NCBI GenBank assembly: GCA_964291315.2
Contig: OZ219753.1
Location: 2,336,001-2,400,000, forward strand
Reading direction: 5' to 3'
Source: Candidatus Poribacteria bacterium
GTDB taxonomy: Bacteria > Poribacteria > WGA-4E > WGA-3G
DNA length: 64,000 bases
The notes under the pieces were generated by a model, which did no database searches, was not told the origin of the DNA, and worked only from the letters and a program-made list of their open reading frames with translations. Position numbers and translations under genes: made by a program. Below are positions 18,440 to 28,279 of this stretch, piece after piece (position 1 is the first letter of the stretch; every line of letters starts with the position of its first letter).

Positions 18440-21400
18440 ATGGATTCACGAACCAAACGCTTTATTCCCACTGTTATTGTCCTTGCACTTATCGGAGCGC
18501 TAGTTGCTATTTGGGTTAACCTGTACCCTGACTTCCTGTGGTTTCAGGTAGTGGACTATTGGAGCATTTACACTAAAATTCTCACGACGAAAATCGGGGT
18601 CGGTGCAGTTGTTGGGGGCTGTTATTTAGCGATTCTCCTAACCAATCTTGCCATCATCTACCGATTCACGCCAGCGCATCTCAGCCCCGCATTTATGGGA
18701 GGTGCAGACTTCACAGGCGGTGCAATAGACAATCCGGGCGCTACGCGAAATCTAATTTATGGCGGACTCGCCCTTCTTGCTGTGCTCTTTAGCACCTTGA
18801 TGGGATACGCAGCCAGTGACCGATGGGAGATCTACCTACGTTTTACCAATGCAGATGAACTCACTTTCCCCGCTGCTACATCTATTGTCGTAGACGGGAG
18901 TCTTAACTCCAATGAAGTGCCAGTGGCACAATCGGAGCTCCGAGGAAAAAATATAAGAGCGGGCGATCTTGTAAACGTCCACATTGATGGAGCAAGTCAA
19001 GAGGCACATGTTGAGGCGGTGATGGAGAATGCTATTCGATTGAGTACGCCTGTTCAAATAGAATCCGGACAAAAGGCGTTTCTCACCTCGCCTGCACGCG
19101 ATCCAATTTTCAAAAAGGATGTTTCCTACTACGTCTTCAAAATGCCGATGTGGCGATATATCTGTGGGACCCTTTTCGGCCTTTTCTTGTTGGTTACCAT
19201 TTTCTCAACCGTCATCTACTTTTTCCACGGATTAATCACCGGTGATACCAGTCAATTTCGATTCTGCCCGCCTTTCAATGTGAAGGCACATCTGTTCACG
19301 CTCGTCGGGATAACGCTCCTCTGCCGGGCATGGAACTACGAATTCGCTATGTACGACTTGTTGTACACCTCAAACAACCTCGTACGCGGCGGTGGCGGAT
19401 ACGCCGCTATACAAGCACGGCTCCCTATATTGTGGATTATGCTCTGTATTACGATTATCTGCGCACTAGTTTTTATTGTGAGTATCTTCCTCAAGCGTAA
19501 CACCTTCGCATTCGGTGCCTTCATCGTTTTTCTCATCGCTGGTTTCCTCGGACAAGCCTATCCGGTCGCTATACAAAGGTGGCAAGTTGAACCCAGAAAA
19601 CAGGTATTAGAGGCAGATTATATAGACTATAATATTAAAGCGACACTCCAAGCGTACGGTTTGGCTGACAACACCGTGACCGAAGAAGAGTACCCGCTGA
19701 CCGAACAGCTCAGCTATGAGGACATAAGGAGTCCAGAGAACGCTCCGGTCTTTAATAGCATCCGCCTCTGGGATTGGCGGCCTTTGCGCAGAACTTTCCG
19801 TCAACTCCAAGAATTAAGATCGCAGTACGACTTTAACGACGTTGACATCGATCGCTATGTCGTTGATGGCGAAATTCGACAGGTGATGCTTTCTGGACGC
19901 GAACTCAATATCAACGAACTCCCAGTTGAGATCAGGAATGATTGGTATAAGCAGACATATACATATACGCACGGATACGGTGCAGTCGTGAGTCCTGTCA
20001 ATGAAATAGATAACGGGAAGCCGAACATGTACATTCAAGGGTTACCGCCTATTGACTATAGCGAACAGTGGCAGCACCGGTTTAGCGAAACACCGGGGCC
20101 TCGTATCTACTACGGTGAACGGACAAACCGTTACATTATCGTGCACCCTAATCGCACCCCGGGGCTTGAGTTCGATTACCCACAAGAGGGACAGCAGTAT
20201 GCCGAATACGCCTATAGCGGGCAAGGCGGGGTTCAGTTAAACTCCTTCTGGCGGAAACTGGTGTACATGCTCAAATTTGACAATGAAATTAACTTCGTCT
20301 TGCCGGGTGAAATTTCGTCCACAAGCAAAATCCTCTACGATCGAAATATTAAAAAACGCGTACAGAAAATCGTTCCGTTCTTGCGATATGATGACGATCC
20401 TTACATCGTTATTCATAACGGGCGACTTGTCTGGATAATTGATGCCTATACCATTACGCATCGCTACCCGTACTCCGTTTCTATGGAAGAATTCGTCGAC
20501 GAAAGAAGACGACGGATCGCAAATACGCGGCGAAATAGTGAACCTTGGGGCAACTACATCCGAAATTCCGTTAAAGTAGTCGTTGATGCTTACGACGGAA
20601 AGGTCGATTTTTACGTTATGGAGCGAGAGCGGGACCCTATTGTAGAGTGTTACCGTAAGATCTTCCCGGGCCTTTTCAAACCCTTTGCAGAGATGCCGGA
20701 CGAACTCAAAACACATATCCGGTACCCGACCTCTATGTTCTTCATCCAAGCCCGCATCTATCAGGATTATCACATGAAGGATCCGATAACGTTTTATGCA
20801 GGCGAGGATAAGTGGGAGATCGGCAGGGAACTTTATGACAATACGGATGCACAGACACGGCAGGTTGCGACTCCACAACAGAGAAACCCGTTCGCGCCAC
20901 AACAAGTCCCTCGAAACTCCGGGGTTAATAGTCAACTCGTTAAGCCTTACTATGTTGTCATTAGGCTGCCCGGGGAAGAAAAAGCGGAATTCATGTTGAT
21001 GTTGCCTTTCACACCGCTCAATAAGCCCAATCTTACCGCATGGCTTGCCGCTCGGTGCGATCTACCGCAATACGGACAACTCCTAGTCTATCGTTTCCCG
21101 AAAGGTAAACAGGTAGCCGGCCCCATGCAAGTTGAGAACTTTATTAGTCAAGAACCCGAAATTTCGCAACAGATTAGTCTCTGGAATACACAGGGATCTC
21201 GTGTCTTACGGGGCAACTTATTGATCCTTCCGATGAATAACTCCCTACTTTACGTTGAACCTATCTATATTCAGTCCGAAGACGAAAAAACCGCTATCCC
21301 CGAATTGCGGCGAGTCGTCATCGGATATGGTAATGAGGTCGTCTGGGGCGAAAGTCTTGATGAAGCTCTCGTCAAGATGTTCGGACGCGGAACATCCGAG

Positions 21401-21607
21401 CAAACAACGACTACCGCGACAACAACGGTTGAAACCGCAACTGACCCCGGTACAAATCAAACGCCACTGAGAAGTCTCATTCAACAAGCAAGCCGCCATT
21501 TCAATCAAGCCCAAGAGGCACAACGCACTGGCGATTGGACAGGATATGGGCAGTCACTTCAACTTTTAGAGGAGACTTTGCGTCAACTTGAAAGAACTAC
21601 ACAATAA
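18440..21607 (+). CDS. UPF0182 family membrane protein
   Basis: DPIF..DVSYY.F, IRLWD, YDF.DVDIDRY, YTHGYG, PRIYYGE, NYIRNSVK, LYVEP.Y. Confidence 0.92.
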   Translation: MDSRTKRFIPTVIVLALIGALVAIWVNLYPDFLWFQVVDYWSIYTKILTTKIGVGAVVGGCYLAILLTNLAIIYRFTPAHLSPAFMGGADFTGGAIDNPGATRNLIYGGLALLAVLFSTLMGYAASDRWEIYLRFTNADELTFPAATSIVVDGSLNSNEVPVAQSELRGKNIRAGDLVNVHIDGASQEAHVEAVMENAIRLSTPVQIESGQKAFLTSPARDPIFKKDVSYYVFKMPMWRYICGTLFGLFLLVTIFSTVIYFFHGLITGDTSQFRFCPPFNVKAHLFTLVGITLLCRAWNYEFAMYDLLYTSNNLVRGGGGYAAIQARLPILWIMLCITIICALVFIVSIFLKRNTFAFGAFIVFLIAGFLGQAYPVAIQRWQVEPRKQVLEADYIDYNIKATLQAYGLADNTVTEEEYPLTEQLSYEDIRSPENAPVFNSIRLWDWRPLRRTFRQLQELRSQYDFNDVDIDRYVVDGEIRQVMLSGRELNINELPVEIRNDWYKQTYTYTHGYGAVVSPVNEIDNGKPNMYIQGLPPIDYSEQWQHRFSETPGPRIYYGERTNRYIIVHPNRTPGLEFDYPQEGQQYAEYAYSGQGGVQLNSFWRKLVYMLKFDNEINFVLPGEISSTSKILYDRNIKKRVQKIVPFLRYDDDPYIVIHNGRLVWIIDAYTITHRYPYSVSMEEFVDERRRRIANTRRNSEPWGNYIRNSVKVVVDAYDGKVDFYVMERERDPIVECYRKIFPGLFKPFAEMPDELKTHIRYPTSMFFIQARIYQDYHMKDPITFYAGEDKWEIGRELYDNTDAQTRQVATPQQRNPFAPQQVPRNSGVNSQLVKPYYVVIRLPGEEKAEFMLMLPFTPLNKPNLTAWLAARCDLPQYGQLLVYRFPKGKQVAGPMQVENFISQEPEISQQISLWNTQGSRVLRGNLLILPMNNSLLYVEPIYIQSEDEKTAIPELRRVVIGYGNEVVWGESLDEALVKMFGRGTSEQTTTTATTTVETATDPGTNQTPLRSLIQQASRHFNQAQEAQRTGDWTGYGQSLQLLEETLRQLERTTQ

Positions 21608-21703
21608 GACAACTATTGACAAGCGATTAAAACGTTTGGCTTATACAAACCAGCTCTTAACCGATGACTCACACCTAATATGCCGCTAAAGGAGGTGAAA
21701 CAA

Positions 21704-21949
21704 ATGGCTCTTGATTGGAAACCACGGCACCGAGACATAATTATTGGAAATATCCCATGGTTAGCTAGAATTACCGATAAAGCCAATGCCAAACTGCAAG
21801 GCATTATCGGTGACTATATCTACCCGTGACCACAGGATAAGTTGTTCCTGGAGGAACACAAGATAAGTGCTGAGGCGTTCGTCGAAATGGTACGGAACAA
21901 TCCGTCAGACGATGAAATGATAGCCGCTATGAAGAAATTGGATCGTTAG
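21704..21949 (+). CDS. Probable selenoprotein, DUF5069-like (81 aa, Sec at residue 42)
   Basis: RBS AAGGAGGTGA at 21689-21698. Translation MALDWKPRHRDIIIGNIPWLARITDKANAKLQGIIGDYIYP(TGA 21827-21829)PQDKLFLEEHKISAEAFVEMVRNNPSDDEMIAAMKKLDR*. The family pattern continues past the TGA. Confidence 0.8.
21841..21859 (+). promoter_or_regulatory. Bacterial SECIS-like stem-loop
   Basis: GUUGUUCC-UGGA-GGAACAC with one bulged U and G in the loop, starting 11 nt after the UGA. Confidence 0.7.
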
Positions 21950-22117
21950 GGAAAGAGTTCGCAGCCATCAGCAGTCAGTAGATCGTTGTGGAGATAGCGA
22001 TCATTTTCTCCTGCTACCTGCTCTTTATTAAAAGTGTGGGGAGCCGTTGTGTCTCATTTTTTACCACAAACCGATTCTTCTGATTGCTGATAACTAATAA
22101 CACGGAGACCTATTTCT

Positions 22118-23185
22118 TTGGAACTGACAAAGTACCGTGATCAAATTAACGAGATTGACGACCAGATTTTACATCTTCTACAGAACCGAGCAGAAATTTC
22201 CAAACAGGTCGGTGCAGTAAAAGCAGAAACAGGTGTTGCTAGCGTTTACGTTCCACATCGACACAAGCAGGTCATTGAACGCTTGAAGGTGAAAAATCAA
22301 AACCTATTCCCGGAAGGTGCGTTGGAGGCGATCTGGAGAGAAATTTTATCTGCCTCTCGTTCTTTGCAGGAACCCGAACGGGTTGCTTTTCTCGGGCCCG
22401 TGGGTAGTTTTGGACACTTAGCAGCCCTATGTCATTTCGGTGCCTCGACAGAGCTTATTCCGGTCCGTCCACAGACAGACATCTTTACTGAAGTTGAGTC
22501 TGGCAGAACCGACTATGGTGTGGTGGCTATCCAGAATTCTCTGCATGGCACTGTTCGTGATGTTCTCGAATGTTTTCAACGTACACCTTTATCGATTTGT
22601 GCAGAGGCGTTCCAGCCGATAAGACAGCACCTCTTATCAAAGTCGCCGATCACGGAAATCCGACGTATCTACTCACACCCGCAACCTTTCGCGCAGTGTA
22701 AGACCTGGCTGCAGCGGTATCTCACTAACGCTGAGCAGGTCGAGGTCGTCAGCACGTCTGAGGCAGCAGAACGGGCTGCAGCAGAACCAGCCGCTGCTGC
22801 AATTGCAAGTGAGCTTGCAAGCGAAATTTATCAGATTCCGATCATCGCAAATTCCATTATGGATGAATCTGATAACACAACCCGTTTTTTTATCATCGGA
22901 AAACACCAACCCGACTCAAGCGGGTACGATCGAACTTCGCTCTTCTGTGCCATTCCTGACAAGGTTGGGGCACTACACCAGGCCCTCGGTATATTAGAGG
23001 AAACAGGGTTGAATCTCAGTTATCTGGAATCTTTGCCATCCCGAACCAAACCTTGGGAGTACATCTTCTTTGTTGAAATGGAGGGCCATATCGCCGACGA
23101 CCGCGTCGGCGGGGCTCTTAATCGACTCGAAGCATTGTGCCGCGAAGTTAAGGTTCTCGGATCTTACCCACGCGGTACTCAGTAA
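22118..23185 (+). CDS. pheA: Chorismate mutase/prephenate dehydratase (P-protein)
   Basis: R..I..ID chorismate mutase helix; AFLGP.GSF, YSHPQ..AQC, NTTRF; ACT domain with ES.PS..WEY.FF. Confidence 0.93.
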   Translation: MELTKYRDQINEIDDQILHLLQNRAEISKQVGAVKAETGVASVYVPHRHKQVIERLKVKNQNLFPEGALEAIWREILSASRSLQEPERVAFLGPVGSFGHLAALCHFGASTELIPVRPQTDIFTEVESGRTDYGVVAIQNSLHGTVRDVLECFQRTPLSICAEAFQPIRQHLLSKSPITEIRRIYSHPQPFAQCKTWLQRYLTNAEQVEVVSTSEAAERAAAEPAAAAIASELASEIYQIPIIANSIMDESDNTTRFFIIGKHQPDSSGYDRTSLFCAIPDKVGALHQALGILEETGLNLSYLESLPSRTKPWEYIFFVEMEGHIADDRVGGALNRLEALCREVKVLGSYPRGTQ

Positions 23186-24345
23186 TGCTAACATTAACCG
23201 ATCAAATTCGGGCACAAGCACACAAATTGGGGTTCGAACGCGTTGGCATCATACCTGCAACGCACAGCGAAACGATCGCACGATACCGACAATGGTTGGA
23301 AAAAGGATATGCCGGGCAGATGCACTATCTTGAGAAGCATCTGCCCCTCAAAGCAGATGTGCGCGAACTTCTCGCAGAGGCAAAATCTGTTATTAGCCTC
23401 GCGATGAACTATTATACACTCGACCCCCCAAAGCCACTTGCAACAGATCCAGGGCGCGGCCAGATTTCCCGATATGCATGGGGCGATGACTATCATGAAC
23501 TTATCCGCCAACGGCTTTCGGAGCTTACCGAATTTATTAAACAGACAGCTGAAGGTGAATTGAAAACCCGAATCTGTGTCGATACCGCTCCGATTATCGA
23601 AAGGGAATATGCCCAAAAATCAGGTATCGGTTGGATCGGTAAGAACACCAATTTAATTCATTGGCGTTCCGGCTCGTGGTATTTTCTCTCCGAGATTCTT
23701 GTGAATTTCGCTTTGGAATCCGAGGTGTCCGCCCCGCGTGGAAGTTGCGGCACTTGCACACGCTGTATTGAAGAATGTCCAACGGGGGCGATCATCGAAC
23801 CAAATCTCTTGGATTCCCGCCTCTGCATCTCTTATCTCACAATTGAGCTCAAGGAGAGTATCCCGAAGCAGCTGCGTCCTAAAATCGGGAACTTAATTTT
23901 TGGCTGCGACATTTGTCAAGAGGTTTGTCCCTGGAATAGGAGAGCCGTCCCAACAGCCGAACCAGCATTCCACCCGCGCGACGGGAACCTCGGACCTAAA
24001 TTGCTGTCGCTGATTGGCATGACCCAGCAGGAATTTAGCAGGCGGTTTAAAGGGAGCCCGATCAAACGCGCGAAACGCCGTGGTTTTTTACGCAACGTCC
24101 TTGTTGCAATCGGTAATTGGCGGGATCGGCGTGCGCTGCCCGCACTCAAAAGCGCATTGCGGGATGACGAACCTCTCATCCGAAGCCATGCCGCATGGGC
24201 ATTGGGCAGAATCGGCTGTAAAACGGCTAAACAAATATTAAAGCGAAGATTGACTATTGAAACTGAAATAGAAGTGATTACTGAAATACGAGACGCACTT
24301 TTTGAAATAGAGCGATCAGTCAAGAAAAGCGAGAGAAGTGCCTAA
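23185..24345 (+). CDS. queG: Epoxyqueuosine reductase
   Basis: ISRYAWG.DYH, GWIGKN, CGTCTRCIEECPT, CISYLTIE, GCDICQEVCPWN, C-terminal HEAT repeat. Confidence 0.93.
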   Translation: MLTLTDQIRAQAHKLGFERVGIIPATHSETIARYRQWLEKGYAGQMHYLEKHLPLKADVRELLAEAKSVISLAMNYYTLDPPKPLATDPGRGQISRYAWGDDYHELIRQRLSELTEFIKQTAEGELKTRICVDTAPIIEREYAQKSGIGWIGKNTNLIHWRSGSWYFLSEILVNFALESEVSAPRGSCGTCTRCIEECPTGAIIEPNLLDSRLCISYLTIELKESIPKQLRPKIGNLIFGCDICQEVCPWNRRAVPTAEPAFHPRDGNLGPKLLSLIGMTQQEFSRRFKGSPIKRAKRRGFLRNVLVAIGNWRDRRALPALKSALRDDEPLIRSHAAWALGRIGCKTAKQILKRRLTIETEIEVITEIRDALFEIERSVKKSERSA

Positions 24346-24513
24346 AGCGGCAGCTATTCTATACATCTCTATACATTCACCGCTGCTGATTGTCAGCGCA
24401 CCCACCGCACCGTAATCTTGAAACAGCAAGAGGTCTGCTCTACACAGTCAAACCTTCGCTTATTTTTATGTCCACCGTGTCCACGCGTTGGGTATGACAG
24501 CCCCCTCTCCGCC

Positions 24514-25617
24514 TTATTCTGCACGGATGATGCGCCACGTTTCGGCTTCATTTGCGAAAACCAACGTCAATCTGCCTGAGGTTTGTTCGATTTTTCCGTT
24601 CGCTTTAGGGCTGTATTGTAACGTATACCGGCCGGTTACAATTGCGGTATCATCGGCAATATTTGGGTGAATGTTAATATCTGTCAACGTTATATCAATC
24701 TGATGATGGGCCTCGAAAAACCGGGCCGCCTTTGTTTTCACATCTTCATATGTGCGTCCGTTGGATAAATACATCTCTGAAAAACATGCCATCACCTGTG
24801 CTAGATCCGCCGTGTCATACCCGAGTTCATATTGATTTAAGACGCGCCGGATTATCTCCTTAACCGTGGGTTGAGTTTGCTGTTCAAGCTCTTGGGTTTC
24901 TGTCTGGACGGGACGCGGTGTCGCCGCTGCAGGTATCCCTTGTGCTATCTGCTTCAGGGTGTGCACTTCGGGTGCCGCATACCCCCAGATCTCTAGTTCC
25001 ATCACCCGTGCAACGCCCTCTACTTCATACACCGGGCGGCTGCCTGCCATGTGTTGGTAATTGCGCACCGTGTCGTTTGAGGAGACCGGAACCAGGCGTA
25101 TTTTTCTAGCAATTAAGCGTTCACGGATTGAATGCACCCGCTTACCTTTGGTGTTGTTTCGTGCCGTGTACTGCTTATCCTTCGTATCCCCCGATGGAAT
25201 GAGCCCCCATCCCGTGCCATGCCAGTACTCAATCCGATAGTCTTTCAACCCGAATTGCCGCGCTGGGTATTTCTCCGAGTCAATCGTCCACATCACAATT
25301 TTGCGAATGTCAACCGGTTTAGCAAGTGTCACGGAGATATAAGGGCGTTTATTTAGATCCGACGTGCGTAAGTGTTCTAAGCTGCTACCCCAACCGCTCC
25401 CTTCATCCCAGGTCTCAGAGGTAGTGTCGCCATCAATTATCTCTTCCGGGCGGTGGTTTGGAACAGATTGTGAAGCTTCCGCAGTTGCCCCGTTCCGGAT
25501 CGTCGCGAAATTGGTGAGAGGCAATGGCGGTTTTAAAAGGTGTTCCTGCAAAATTTGTGATTGACAACCCGTTATTGAAAACAAAAGCGTCAGACATAAA
25601 AAATAGACACGAAGCAT
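24514..25617 (-). CDS. Lipoprotein with discoidin/galactose-binding-like domain and C-terminal NTF2-like domain
   Basis: Lipobox ITGC; A.AS...IDGD...W and ELEIWG discoidin pattern; C-terminal WRII NTF2 end. Confidence 0.7.
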   Translation of the reverse strand: MLRVYFLCLTLLFSITGCQSQILQEHLLKPPLPLTNFATIRNGATAEASQSVPNHRPEEIIDGDTTSETWDEGSGWGSSLEHLRTSDLNKRPYISVTLAKPVDIRKIVMWTIDSEKYPARQFGLKDYRIEYWHGTGWGLIPSGDTKDKQYTARNNTKGKRVHSIRERLIARKIRLVPVSSNDTVRNYQHMAGSRPVYEVEGVARVMELEIWGYAAPEVHTLKQIAQGIPAAATPRPVQTETQELEQQTQPTVKEIIRRVLNQYELGYDTADLAQVMACFSEMYLSNGRTYEDVKTKAARFFEAHHQIDITLTDINIHPNIADDTAIVTGRYTLQYSPKANGKIEQTSGRLTLVFANEAETWRIIRAE

Positions 25618-25744
25618 CGTTAACCTCCTTTATCAATGCGCACCTAAATCCAAAAGTATCGCGGAGATATTATCAGCGTAGTTCCGTGATCGTTAGTAAT
25701 AACGCTGTTGGTAAGCGATTTATGTGCGTTTAATCTTATAGTGA

Positions 25745-28252
25745 CTACCTTAAGACCGCTAAGCGTCCGAGGGTTTGCGTTATCTGCTCTCCAGCGGCGG
25801 CCCGTATCTTGTAAAAATAGACCCCGTTGGCGAGTAGGACCCCATCAGCATCTCGAGCGTCCCAAAGGACCTCGTTGTAGCCTTCGTTTCCGGACACTTC
25901 GTTCAGAGCATTTACTACTCGGCCTGATGTAGCGTAGATAAGGATAGAGACCTCATCTGCATCCAGCGATAACTGATACGTAAACGTTGTTCCGCGCTTT
26001 AAGGGGTTAGGATAGTTGTGAACGTCCCAGATTCTGAAGGGAACCTCCTCCGGTGAGAAGTTCACATCGTATTTTCGAAGCGTCTGATAGTCGAAACTCG
26101 TCAACCAGGCAACTTCTGCGTTTAAGGTGCTTAGCAGCTCGGCTTCGATCGTCCGATGTGAGTATCCAAAGAGCGGGACAAACTCCTCTATCGCTTTTAT
26201 ATGGGGTTGTATAGACTTGGAAAACTCTGTAGCGCTCGTAAGTTTTGCGCGGATGGCTTCTTCTGTGCCGGGCTTGTAGCCGAGGATTATTGCATCTACC
26301 AATTTAGCGCGACTTTCAAAAAAGACCGTCCACAACGTCATTAAGTGGACAGCATCGTGCAGATCCTCGGCTGCTTCTGAGTCAAAAGGTTCTGCAATTT
26401 CGCTTGCGGCCCGTATCTCGTTTGCGGCTTGTTGTTGCGGCGCCAGAAGCGCGGTGAACCGATTCGCTGCGACTTTTGCAATCTCCAATTCGGGAACGGC
26501 TAAGGTATCCGCAACGACACGCGGTCCGATCAGGTTCCAAAATCGAGTTGCGAGTCCTGCTGAGCCGCTGCCGTAGGTACCACCGATGGTCAAAGATCCG
26601 GCGTAATCCGAGAAATAACTGGCCATGTTCCATCCATTGACCCGTAGGGCGTTCAGAATATGCGGTGCCGCTTCGCTGCCATAACGGGCTATTAACTCAT
26701 TTTTCAACAGCTGAAAATGGTCGAGCTCAATGTGCCAATTCAGGCGGGCGCTAACAAGGCGGTCAAGGTACCCGAGACCTTGTGTGGCACCTTGAACAGT
26801 AAACCCACTTAAACCAACAACATCCGGATTACTGGCAAGTTGCCGCACACCTTGCACGAAAAGATCGCTTTCCAACATCCAGAGCGGCATCACTTCTTCC
26901 ACTTCATGGGAGAGAATTATGAAGCGGTGCCCCATTTCACCGAGTGCTCTAATCTGGGGGATAGGGATGCCTGCATCGGCAACTGGTTCCCCGTCCGCCC
27001 CCCACTTCCGCGAAAAAATTGTACCTTTTGGCAGCCGGCGCGCATAAGCCCCGGCTGCGTCCTTAAGCCAGCTGCTATCGTAACCGGAGATGTAGAATTT
27101 GAAGTCCGGGCGCACCTGCCTCGCAGCGTTGATAATTGTGAAATACACCTCCCAGAGCTTTTTCTGTCCCGCTTCCGTCCTATCGCCACAATCAGGACAG
27201 TTGCATGCACGCGTCTCATGTCCCCAAGAACGCAGATGGAAACCGCCAAGCGCGGGGTAGGTACGCACAATCGCCTGAATGAGCTCCGTTACAAGTGTAT
27301 GAAACTCAAGTTTCGACCAGCAGAACGGACGGTAGAAGGTCTCGTTGCGAGACGCACCGTAAGCCACCGAGGGGCCTAAGAGCTGAGGACGTTGTTGAAT
27401 TAACGCCTCTGTCGGTTCCCCTGTCACATACATAAAGAGATAGGCATCAATCCCACGCCGTTTGAGCGCATTAAACCTATTTTGTAGCTCTGCAATCCGT
27501 TCTCGTCGCTGTGCTATTGGTTCGTCTTGCAGCCCTTCAAATGCGGGGGTGTCAATATACTTGAACGCTGTTCCGAGTCCGTCTTCAATACCGGTGCCGG
27601 TCCAGACCCCTTCGCCTCCGCTCATGTTGACACGGTGGCGCGCGAGCCAATCCGGGTCTTCTATCTCTAACACAGCGCGCACGGGATAAAACGGGCTTGA
27701 TATGTCGTCCATAAACGGGACGAACAACGCCTCCTTCTTAGCAACTGCTACCTCTGGATGCACAGGCGTTAAACCGCTTAAAGCCGTGATACAGTTTTCA
27801 ATAAAGCCGTATGCCCCATAGATAACCCCTCTGCCCGTATGCGCAGCGACAGCGATAATAATTTCGGCACCGATCGCTATCGTTTTGATACGATACCCCT
27901 CATTCCCGAGTTCGTCTCCCAATGAAAATCCTGTTTCTGACTGGAGTCCCGCGATTGTCGGATTCGACTCTGGAGTGCCTAATACAATTACAGTCGATGT
28001 CTCTGTCTGTTCCCGATTGGTACGGATGTCGAGTTGGGCCCCGGTGAATTGTTGAATGAAAGTCTGTATCTCTTCGGCTGCGAATGCTTCTTGCGGTGAT
28101 GCATTTACCCCGATTTGCAGCGTCGCCCTCGGTTCTTCGGATACCACGATCGGGATTTCGTTACTCTTTGACGGGGCAGCAAGCATCACAACACAAACCG
28201 CAACAATCAGAACGGAAACGCCTCGTTTGTGTACTGTTTTCCTTAGAGACAT
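25745..28252 (-). CDS. Secreted glycoside-hydrolase-like protein with C-terminal FlgD-Ig/CTD-like domain
   Basis: Signal peptide; FAAEE..G.EGY.I..RG.IYG.Y GH20/GH67-like N-domain; HNYPNP..WD.RD..G..LANGVYFYKI C-terminal domain. Confidence 0.7.
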   Translation of the reverse strand: MSLRKTVHKRGVSVLIVAVCVVMLAAPSKSNEIPIVVSEEPRATLQIGVNASPQEAFAAEEIQTFIQQFTGAQLDIRTNREQTETSTVIVLGTPESNPTIAGLQSETGFSLGDELGNEGYRIKTIAIGAEIIIAVAAHTGRGVIYGAYGFIENCITALSGLTPVHPEVAVAKKEALFVPFMDDISSPFYPVRAVLEIEDPDWLARHRVNMSGGEGVWTGTGIEDGLGTAFKYIDTPAFEGLQDEPIAQRRERIAELQNRFNALKRRGIDAYLFMYVTGEPTEALIQQRPQLLGPSVAYGASRNETFYRPFCWSKLEFHTLVTELIQAIVRTYPALGGFHLRSWGHETRACNCPDCGDRTEAGQKKLWEVYFTIINAARQVRPDFKFYISGYDSSWLKDAAGAYARRLPKGTIFSRKWGADGEPVADAGIPIPQIRALGEMGHRFIILSHEVEEVMPLWMLESDLFVQGVRQLASNPDVVGLSGFTVQGATQGLGYLDRLVSARLNWHIELDHFQLLKNELIARYGSEAAPHILNALRVNGWNMASYFSDYAGSLTIGGTYGSGSAGLATRFWNLIGPRVVADTLAVPELEIAKVAANRFTALLAPQQQAANEIRAASEIAEPFDSEAAEDLHDAVHLMTLWTVFFESRAKLVDAIILGYKPGTEEAIRAKLTSATEFSKSIQPHIKAIEEFVPLFGYSHRTIEAELLSTLNAEVAWLTSFDYQTLRKYDVNFSPEEVPFRIWDVHNYPNPLKRGTTFTYQLSLDADEVSILIYATSGRVVNALNEVSGNEGYNEVLWDARDADGVLLANGVYFYKIRAAAGEQITQTLGRLAVLR

Positions 28253-28279
28253 CAGCTGTTTTATCCTCGTTAGCGCGTT

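Noticed and set aside
21613-21804. 63-aa minus-strand ORF from the track
   Set aside because: It is antisense to the better-supported DUF5069-like gene, which has a strong RBS and family motifs.
21704-21829. Pseudogene or 41-aa peptide interpretation
   Set aside because: Disfavoured rather than excluded: the family pattern continues in frame after the TGA, the stop falls on the expected Cys column, and a correctly spaced SECIS-like hairpin follows.
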